NCBI GenBank assembly: GCA_964507075.1
Contig: CAZDOL010000002.1
Location: 1 to 14,381, forward strand
Reading direction: 5' to 3'
DNA length: 14,381 nt
From: an uncultured Gammaproteobacteria bacterium
GTDB lineage: Bacteria > Patescibacteriota > Patescibacteriia > UBA2591 > UBA6264
The notes below the pieces were generated by a model. The model saw only the letters and a list, made by a program, of their open reading frames with translations. It ran no database searches and had not been told where the DNA came from. The stretch's first letter is position 1. Each line of letters begins with the position of its first letter. Shown here one piece after another: positions 1 to 5,855 of this stretch. Both the position numbers and the translations under genes were made by a program.

Positions 1-76
1 CTTGGGAAATCGGTCAATTGGGTACTTAAGGATTGAATAATTGTATAATTAAATAATTAAAATCCTGATTACCCAA

Positions 77-772
77 TTACCTGTGTACCTGATTACCCAA
101 TCTCCATTCTGTAATTTCTTTATGATTGCCCGACAATAGAACTTTCGGTACTTTCAACTTTTTAATCTTAGCAGATTTAGTTTTATATGTAAAGACCTCT
201 GGTCTAGTATATTGAGGATACTCGAAATTAATTGTTGATTGTTGATTATTGATTGTTGATTGATTAAAACTCTCTTCTCTTAATGATTCTTTATTTATAA
301 CGCCAGGAAGTAGCCTGGTTATAGCATCTACCATAATCATAGCGGGCAATTCTCCTCCTGTTAAAACATAATCTCCAATTGATATCTTTTTATCAACTAA
401 TTTTTCTACTCTAGCGTCTACTCCCTCATAACGACCACAGATAAAAATAATCTTATCTAATTTAGAAAATTGATAAGCCATTTTTTGATCAAACTTCTGG
501 CCCTTTGGGGTTAAAAGAAAAATCTTTTTCTTTTTACTTTTTGTTTTATTTAAAGACTTCAAAGCTTTATAGATTGGCTCTACTTTTAAAATCATACCTG
601 GGCCACCACCATAAGGTGTGTCATCGACAGTTTTGTGCCTATCTGTTGTCCAAATTCTTAAATCATGAATTTTAATTTTAATAAATTTTTTCTCTTGGGC
701 TCTCTTTAAAATAGATGTCTGAAAATAAGATTCAAAGATGTGGGGAAAAATTGTAATAATATCAAATTGCAT
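77..772 (-). CDS. trmD: tRNA (guanine37-N1)-methyltransferase TrmD
   Basis: ORF 77..817 is trimmed to the internal ATG at 770-772, because MQFDIITIFPHIFESYF is the canonical TrmD N-terminus. TrmD motifs are present: DDTPYGGGPGM, GRYEGVD, GGELPAM, EYPQYTRP, LLSGNH. The 15 upstream codons are not TrmD-like and run into the intergenic hairpin region. The gene sits in the classic rpsP-KH-(rimM)-trmD context. Confidence 0.9.
   Translation of the reverse strand: MQFDIITIFPHIFESYFQTSILKRAQEKKFIKIKIHDLRIWTTDRHKTVDDTPYGGGPGMILKVEPIYKALKSLNKTKSKKKKIFLLTPKGQKFDQKMAYQFSKLDKIIFICGRYEGVDARVEKLVDKKISIGDYVLTGGELPAMIMVDAITRLLPGVINKESLREESFNQSTINNQQSTINFEYPQYTRPEVFTYKTKSAKIKKLKVPKVLLSGNHKEITEWRLGNQVHR
231..265. 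repeat. Heptanucleotide tandem repeat (ATTGTTG on +, AATCAAC on -), about 5 units, inside trmD
   Basis: The + strand reads attgttg attgttg attattg attgttg attg att. On the coding strand this encodes NQSTINNQQSTIN, inserted between the conserved EESF and FEYPQYTRP segments of TrmD. Confidence 0.75.
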
Positions 773-795
773 AATAACGTCTAAAATTAATCTTA

Positions 796-846
796 CAAAA
801 AAATAATGTAAACACAAAAGTTATCACCCGAAGAATGATAACTTCC
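796..846 (-). terminator. Intrinsic-terminator-like hairpin with C(UUCG)G apex, between the KH gene and trmD
   Basis: The minus strand reads GGAAGUUAUCA-UUCUUCGGG-UGAUAACUUUU. The 9-bp perfect arms lie at 818-826 and 836-844, with flanking G-U extensions. The stem is followed by U-rich UUUGUGUUUACAUUAUUUUUUUG. It lies 25 nt after the KH stop and about 45 nt before the trmD ATG. Confidence 0.5.
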
Positions 847-871
847 GTGTTCCTTTTATAGAAAATAATTT

Positions 872-1201
872 TTACAGTTTCAGATCGTCAGCACTGTCAT
901 CAATTTTCGCTTCTTCAACTACAGGCGTTTTTGGAACTCTAGTTGAACCTTCAGGTTCTTCAATTTTAAGGTTAACGCGAGCATTATTGCGTAAGCCTAC
1001 AATCCTGAGAAGACTCCTAATGGCGCGAGCGGTTGATCCTTGACGTCCAATAACTTGTCCCATATCTTCAGCATGAAGTTTTAAAGAGAGTAATACTCCC
1101 ATTTCATCAACATTCCTAGAAATTTTGACATCTTCTGGGTGAGAGACAAGCGCTTTAATAATCTGGTCTAAAAATTCTTGATCTTGATATTTATCTGCCA
1201 T
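872..1201 (-). CDS. khpA: KH-domain RNA-binding protein (KhpA/YlqC-like, UPF0109) with acidic C-terminal tail
   Basis: The 109-aa product contains the type-II KH core VIGRQGSTARAIRSLLRIVG (GxxG loop). Its N-terminus LDQIIKALVSHPEDVKI is typical of the YlqC family. The position immediately after rpsP is conserved. Confidence 0.8.
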   Translation of the reverse strand: MADKYQDQEFLDQIIKALVSHPEDVKISRNVDEMGVLLSLKLHAEDMGQVIGRQGSTARAIRSLLRIVGLRNNARVNLKIEEPEGSTRVPKTPVVEEAKIDDSADDLKL

Positions 1202-1314
1202 ATAACTTTAGATTACTTACCTCTAATTCATTAATGAACTAGTGAATGTTCAGTCTTACGACCTTTGAATAAACGAATAAACTACCTTGTTAGACTGAAA
1301 TTTCTATTATTTTT

Positions 1315-1342
1315 AATATATCAATATAAACAATTTTGTCAA
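1315..1342 (-). promoter_or_regulatory. Candidate sigma70-type promoter (TTGACA-16-TGaTATATT) upstream of the KH gene
   Basis: The minus strand reads ggTTGACAaaattgtttatatTGaTATATTaaaa. The -35 box is at 1337-1342, directly after the rpsP stop. The -10 box is at 1315-1320 and carries an extended TGn motif. There is no experimental support. Confidence 0.45.
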
Positions 1343-1344
1343 CC

Positions 1345-1758
1345 CTATTCTTTCTCTGGCTCTGGAACTTTTTCTTGATTGTCCTCTTCTGGTGCATTAT
1401 CTCCAGAGGGCTCTTCCTTTTCTGATTTGACTGGCTTCGTCTTTACTTTATCTTTCTCCTCAGCCAATTGTTTCTTTTTCTCTATCTTTTTTTGATTAAC
1501 CTTAGTAACTTTAACTTTTTCATCTTTAATTATCCCTTGAGCAATCAATAAATTATGCACTGATCCAGTAGGTTGAGCACCTTTTGATAACCAGTGCTTA
1601 ATTCTTTCGGCCTTCAGAGATGTTTCCTTGCTAAATGGATTGTGAAAACCCAAATCTTCTAAAAAATCTCCTTGTGGGTCTTTTGTTTTTTCTAAAACAA
1701 TAATTCTAAAAAATGGTTGCTTCTTTCTTCCTTTACGGCTTAATTTAATAGCTAACAT
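1345..1758 (-). CDS. rpsP: 30S ribosomal protein S16 with K/E-rich C-terminal extension
   Basis: The N-terminus MLAIKLSRKGRKKQPFFRIIV...DLGFHNP...IKHWLSKGAQPT is the S16 signature. The last ~55 aa form a low-complexity lysine/glutamate tail. Confidence 0.93.
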   Translation of the reverse strand: MLAIKLSRKGRKKQPFFRIIVLEKTKDPQGDFLEDLGFHNPFSKETSLKAERIKHWLSKGAQPTGSVHNLLIAQGIIKDEKVKVTKVNQKKIEKKKQLAEEKDKVKTKPVKSEKEEPSGDNAPEEDNQEKVPEPEKE

Positions 1759-1790
1759 AAATAAATTTTAATTAATCTTATCAATTTAAC

Positions 1791-2858
1791 CTACAATTCA
1801 ATAATGGAATTTTCTCCTATTATCAATTTATGTCCTCCTGGCAATGTTTGGTGGATTGGAACAATATTAACGTTTGCTCCTAAAATACTATCTACAATTC
1901 TAACCTCACAATTAACATCAACGTAATCCAAAAGAATAGAATTTTCAATCTCTGCATTATAAATCTCTACGCCATTTCCTATGGAAGTATATGGACCAAT
2001 ATAGGCATTTTTAATAACACAATTTTCTCCTATTATTACTGGACCGCGAATCACTGTCTTTTCTGATATGTTCGTATTTTTTCCTATAATGACATTCCCC
2101 TGGATTTCTACTGAATTAGGAATATCAACATTTATTTGACGCTTAATTCCTGAAAGTATCAGCTGGCTTGCCTCTAACAAATCATTAGGTTTGCCTGTAT
2201 CTTTCCACCAGCCAGTAATTTCATTGTATCCAATCTTATAGCCCTTATCAATTAAATAACTATGAGTATCTGATATTTCCAATTCTCCTCTAGCACTAGG
2301 CTCAATGTTTTTTACGGCCTCAAAAACATGATGGTCATAAAAATAAATGCCAGTCACGGCAAAATTACTTTTCGGATGTGATGGTTTTTCCTCTACCCTT
2401 AAAATACATCCATCCTTGATCTCTGGCACTCCAAATCTTTGTGGATCTCGCACCGCAGAAAGAGCCAATAAACAATTGTAGTCTCCTGTTTGAAATTGTT
2501 TAACAAATTTTTTAATATCTCCCAGAATTATATTATCACCCAAATAGAATAAAAACGGTTCCTTTCCGATAAATGGCTCACTAATTTTAACAACATGAGC
2601 CAAGCCCAGAGCTCCGCCCGTCTGCTCAATGTAGGTAATTTTTGCTTTCCATTTTTTCCCTGTACCCAAAGCTTGTGGAATCTCTTTGTCTCCTGGATTA
2701 ATAACAATTCCAATTTCTTTAATGCCAGCGTTAACGATTTTCTCTATAGCATAAACAAGCATTGGTTTGTTGGCAATGGGAATAAGATGTTTATTGAGTG
2801 CGTTTGTAATTGGTCTTAAGCGTGTACCATGACCTCCGGCCGTAAGTAAAGCTTTCAT
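1791..2858 (-). CDS. rmlA: Glucose-1-phosphate thymidylyltransferase, long form (nucleotidyltransferase domain plus left-handed beta-helix)
   Basis: MKALLTAGGHGTRLRPIT is the sugar-nucleotidyltransferase G-loop and matches the usual N-terminus, so the ATG at 2856-2858 is preferred over the ORF-track ATG at 2879. The C-terminal third is a hexapeptide-repeat region (IGENCVIKNAYIGPYTSIGNGVEI). At about 355 aa, the length fits the long RmlA type. It is adjacent to rmlD. Confidence 0.82.
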   Translation of the reverse strand: MKALLTAGGHGTRLRPITNALNKHLIPIANKPMLVYAIEKIVNAGIKEIGIVINPGDKEIPQALGTGKKWKAKITYIEQTGGALGLAHVVKISEPFIGKEPFLFYLGDNIILGDIKKFVKQFQTGDYNCLLALSAVRDPQRFGVPEIKDGCILRVEEKPSHPKSNFAVTGIYFYDHHVFEAVKNIEPSARGELEISDTHSYLIDKGYKIGYNEITGWWKDTGKPNDLLEASQLILSGIKRQINVDIPNSVEIQGNVIIGKNTNISEKTVIRGPVIIGENCVIKNAYIGPYTSIGNGVEIYNAEIENSILLDYVDVNCEVRIVDSILGANVNIVPIHQTLPGGHKLIIGENSIIEL

Positions 2859-2868
2859 AAATTTTAAG

Positions 2869-3801
2869 TTAAAACTCACTATTAATATAATCCCGTAGAG
2901 CTTTCTTCCAAGAACGGGCAGAAGAAATCTTAGTATTTCTCAATATAGAATAATTTGGCCTAGGAGCAGGCCTAGGATATTCTCTTGACGCGCAAGGAAC
3001 TATCCTGGCTACTGGCTTTTTAATAAAACCATATTTCAGGCCTTGACGAACGATTTCTTTGGCAAAGGTATACCATGTTGTTCGTCCTTTATTAGTAAAG
3101 TGATAGAAACCAAAGGGAAGATTATTGTCTAAAATTTCTTTTGTTTCTTGAGCTAAATCTAGAGTATAAGCAGGTGAACCGTGTTGATCATTAACCACTT
3201 TCAATAAAGGACGTTTCTCTGCTAAATCTAGAATGGTGCTAACAAAATTTTTGCAGGGAGTAGCCACTGAAGGGCCGAAGAGCCAAGCTGTTCTAATAAT
3301 ATAATATTTCTCTAACTTAGATTTAACGACATTCTTTTCTCCCAATGTTTTGGACCTACCATAAGCATTAAGAGATCTCTGTTCGTCATTCTCAGAATAA
3401 CCCTTTTTTTTCTGACCATCAAAAACATAATCTGTGCTGTAATGAACCAGCGTGGAATTCAAATTATAACATATTTCTGAAAGATAATTAAGGGCATTAC
3501 CGTTAATTTCATTGGCCGTGTCTTCATCATCTTCTGCCTTATCAACGTCAGTATAAGCAGCAGCGTTAATAATAATATCTGGCTTTAAAGAGTTTATTTT
3601 ATTTTTTAATACTTCTTTGATTGTAATGTCAATTTCTTCTCTATCCCATGCCGTTATATTTGCTCCCTGAAAAATCTTTTTTAAATCAGAGCCCAACATT
3701 CCTTTAGCTCCTAATATTAAAATTTTGGGGGGCTCTTGCCTGCCCAATGGGAGCGTAGCGACTTTACGGGGTTTCTTGTTTTTTACATTTTTGGCAAACA
3801 T
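2869..3801 (-). CDS. rmlD: dTDP-4-dehydrorhamnose reductase (RmlD) with atypical ~25-aa N-terminal extension
   Basis: The Rossmann motif ILILGAKGMLGS, the STDYVFDG and YGRSK (catalytic Y-x3-K) motifs and the C-terminal W..AL..Y motif are all RmlD-like. The start is uncertain. The only in-frame ATG (3799-3801) overlaps the infB 3' end by 19 nt, and the extension is encoded largely by GC-rich repeat copy A. An alternative TTG lies at 3745-3747. Confidence 0.8.
   Translation of the reverse strand: MFAKNVKNKKPRKVATLPLGRQEPPKILILGAKGMLGSDLKKIFQGANITAWDREEIDITIKEVLKNKINSLKPDIIINAAAYTDVDKAEDDEDTANEINGNALNYLSEICYNLNSTLVHYSTDYVFDGQKKKGYSENDEQRSLNAYGRSKTLGEKNVVKSKLEKYYIIRTAWLFGPSVATPCKNFVSTILDLAEKRPLLKVVNDQHGSPAYTLDLAQETKEILDNNLPFGFYHFTNKGRTTWYTFAKEIVRQGLKYGFIKKPVARIVPCASREYPRPAPRPNYSILRNTKISSARSWKKALRDYINSEF
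3734..3778 (-). repeat. GC-rich interspersed palindromic element, copy A (35-nt core 3739-3773 flanked by a 5-bp direct repeat)
   Basis: The minus-strand core is AACCCCGTAAAGTCGCTACGCTCCCATTGGGCAGG. It matches copy B at 31 of 36 aligned positions. CAAGA (TCTTG on +) abuts both ends, at 3734-3738 and 3774-3778. It is a GC island in AT-rich DNA. Confidence 0.6.
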
Positions 3802-5801
3802 TCAATTTCTTTATAAACTTCTAAAATATCGTTTTTTTCAATTTTTGTTTTACCTAAAAGTTTTAATCCACATTCCGTTCCAGCTAAAACTTCTTTGACG
3901 TCTTGTTTGCTGCTTTGAATTTGAACTAATTTAGACTCTCCTTTTATCTCATTTTCTCCTTCTGAATTTAACCGCCAAATTCGAGCAATGGTCTCGGGAA
4001 AAATTTTACCCTTTAAAACTTTTCCTCCCAGAATAGCTTCCTTCCCTGTTTGACGAAAAACTTCTAAGACCTCAATCTTACCCAATTTTTTTTCTGAAAT
4101 TTCCGGCTTAATTAAAGATTTCATAAAATCCTGAACATCTTCTATAAGCTTATAAATAACCTCATATAAATCCATTTTTATCTTTGATTCTTTTATCAAT
4201 TGTTTAACTGAATTATTAACCTTAATATTAAAACCAATTAACCATGATTGAGTAGTTTTTGCTAATTCTACATCGGCTTCAGTCAAGCTCCCTAATCCAG
4301 ATTTAACAATTCTCACCTCTACATTAGGGCAAATTAGACCCTTCAAACTCGTGATTATAGCTTCTAATGACCCAAGCACATCAGCGCGAATGATAACATT
4401 AACATATTCTGTGTCTTTTTTAGAAGAAGATACTTGATCTAAGGATAATGCTTGGTCAAAATGAGCTGAATTCATTTGTTTAATTTGAGATTTAAATTCT
4501 TTACCCTTATTAACAACTTCTACTAAATCACCTACCCCAGGAACCTCTTTTAAGCCGAATATCTGAGCTGGAAAACTGGGTTCAATCTTTTCTACAAATT
4601 CACCATATTGATTTTTGGCATATTTTAATCGACCATAAGTTTGTCCTGCAACAATATTATCTCCCTTCTTTAAGGTTCCATTATAAACAATAATTGTTGC
4701 TACTGGGCCTAATCCTAAATCTAGATGACTTTCAATTACAGTACCTATTAAGTCTCCTTCTGGATTGGTTAATAATTTATCTTTCTCTAAATCTGCTATT
4801 AAATTAATCATATCCAATAAATTATCCAGGCCTTCTTTACTTTTGGCTGAAACTGACACACAAATTATTTTACCACCCCAATCTTCAGGCAAAAGGTTTA
4901 TTTCTGATAAACCTTTTTTAATTTTTTCCGCATCAGCTTCTGCTCTATCAATTTTATTAATAGCAACAACAAAAGGCAATTCTTCTTTCTGAATAACCCT
5001 AATAGATTCCAATGTTTGAGGTTGTATTTTATCATCAGCAGCTATGACCAAGATTGCAATATCAGCAACTGCACCACCATGAGCACGCATGGCTTCAAAA
5101 GCTTCGTGTCCAGGAGTATCAATAAAAGTAATTAACCTATCTTTATATTTTGTTTGATAAGCTCCGATATGTTGAGTAATCCCACCTTTTTCTTTTGCAA
5201 CAATTTGACTTTCTCTAATGGCGTCTAAAATTGAACTTTTACCATGGTCAACATGTCCCATAACCACCACGATAGGTGGCCTTGAAACTATTTTTTTCTT
5301 GTCCTCTGTTTTTAAAATATCTTTTACCCTTTCCTTGGCAGAAATAGATACTATATTCTCCACCTCTTCTTCTTTTGCCACTTCAAAACCTAAATTCTCA
5401 GCTATGATAGCTGCTATTTCATAGTCTAAGTTTTCGTTAATACTAGAAAGAACTCCATTTTTAATGAGTTCATTCATTACTTTCATAACTGGCAATTTTA
5501 ATTTTTCTGCTAAATCATAAACTCTTATTAATTGAGGCAAATTTACTAACTTAGGTTTTTCTTCCTCATTACTCTCTTCCTCTAAGGATTCTTTTGCGTA
5601 TGCCTTATTTATTTTAGCTTCTATCTTCTCTATTTCTTTTTCTTTTTTTCTATTTTCTTGCCACATTTCAACTACTTGCATGGCCTGTTTTTCTGGAATC
5701 TGAATAGCTCTTGCTCCAATATGAAAACCGAGCTTAGGTAATGCTATTTTAAGCTCTTTTGGGGTAATCTTTAACTTTCTAGCAAGTTCTGTAATATTCA
5801 T
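3783..5801 (-). CDS. infB: Translation initiation factor IF-2
   Basis: There is an IF2 N-terminal domain (MNITELARKLKITPKEL). The G-domain motifs GHVDHGKS, DTPGHEAF and NKID are present, and the C-terminal IF2 domains run to the end. The product is 672 aa. Confidence 0.93.
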   Translation of the reverse strand: MNITELARKLKITPKELKIALPKLGFHIGARAIQIPEKQAMQVVEMWQENRKKEKEIEKIEAKINKAYAKESLEEESNEEEKPKLVNLPQLIRVYDLAEKLKLPVMKVMNELIKNGVLSSINENLDYEIAAIIAENLGFEVAKEEEVENIVSISAKERVKDILKTEDKKKIVSRPPIVVVMGHVDHGKSSILDAIRESQIVAKEKGGITQHIGAYQTKYKDRLITFIDTPGHEAFEAMRAHGGAVADIAILVIAADDKIQPQTLESIRVIQKEELPFVVAINKIDRAEADAEKIKKGLSEINLLPEDWGGKIICVSVSAKSKEGLDNLLDMINLIADLEKDKLLTNPEGDLIGTVIESHLDLGLGPVATIIVYNGTLKKGDNIVAGQTYGRLKYAKNQYGEFVEKIEPSFPAQIFGLKEVPGVGDLVEVVNKGKEFKSQIKQMNSAHFDQALSLDQVSSSKKDTEYVNVIIRADVLGSLEAIITSLKGLICPNVEVRIVKSGLGSLTEADVELAKTTQSWLIGFNIKVNNSVKQLIKESKIKMDLYEVIYKLIEDVQDFMKSLIKPEISEKKLGKIEVLEVFRQTGKEAILGGKVLKGKIFPETIARIWRLNSEGENEIKGESKLVQIQSSKQDVKEVLAGTECGLKLLGKTKIEKNDILEVYKEIECLPKM

Positions 5802-5855
5802 AATTCCAATATTTTAATGTTCCAATGTTCCAATGTTCTCATGCTCTAATGTTTT
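5800..5855. repeat. Octanucleotide tandem repeat (AATGTTCC on +, GGAACATT on -), about 7 units, spanning the vanW 3' end, the spacer and the infB start codon
   Basis: The + strand units in 8-nt register are ataattcc, aatatttt, aatgttcc, aatgttcc, aatgttct, catgctct and aatgtttt. The array encodes the VanW tail TLEHENIGTLEH, which has 8-aa periodicity. It also forms the whole 12-nt spacer before the infB ATG. Confidence 0.7.

Noticed and set aside
773-817. A 15-codon N-terminal extension of trmD (MCLHYFFVRLILDVI).
   Set aside because: The canonical TrmD N-terminus begins at the internal Met (MQFDIITIFP). The extension overlaps the U-tract of the upstream hairpin.
2859-2879. The longer rmlA start at 2879 (MSFNLKF prefix, overlapping rmlD by 11 nt).
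   Set aside because: MKALLTAGGHGTRLRP matches the usual N-terminus of the family, so ATG 2856-2858 is preferred. The longer start cannot be fully excluded.
2891-2925. The + strand segment CCCGTAGAGCTTTCTTCCAAGAACGGGCAG shares CCCGTAGAG and ACGGGCAG with the GC-rich element, in the opposite orientation.
   Set aside because: It encodes the conserved RmlD C-terminal motif (SWKKALRDY). It has no flanking duplication and its interior is unrelated. This is most likely chance similarity of a short GC-rich hairpin.
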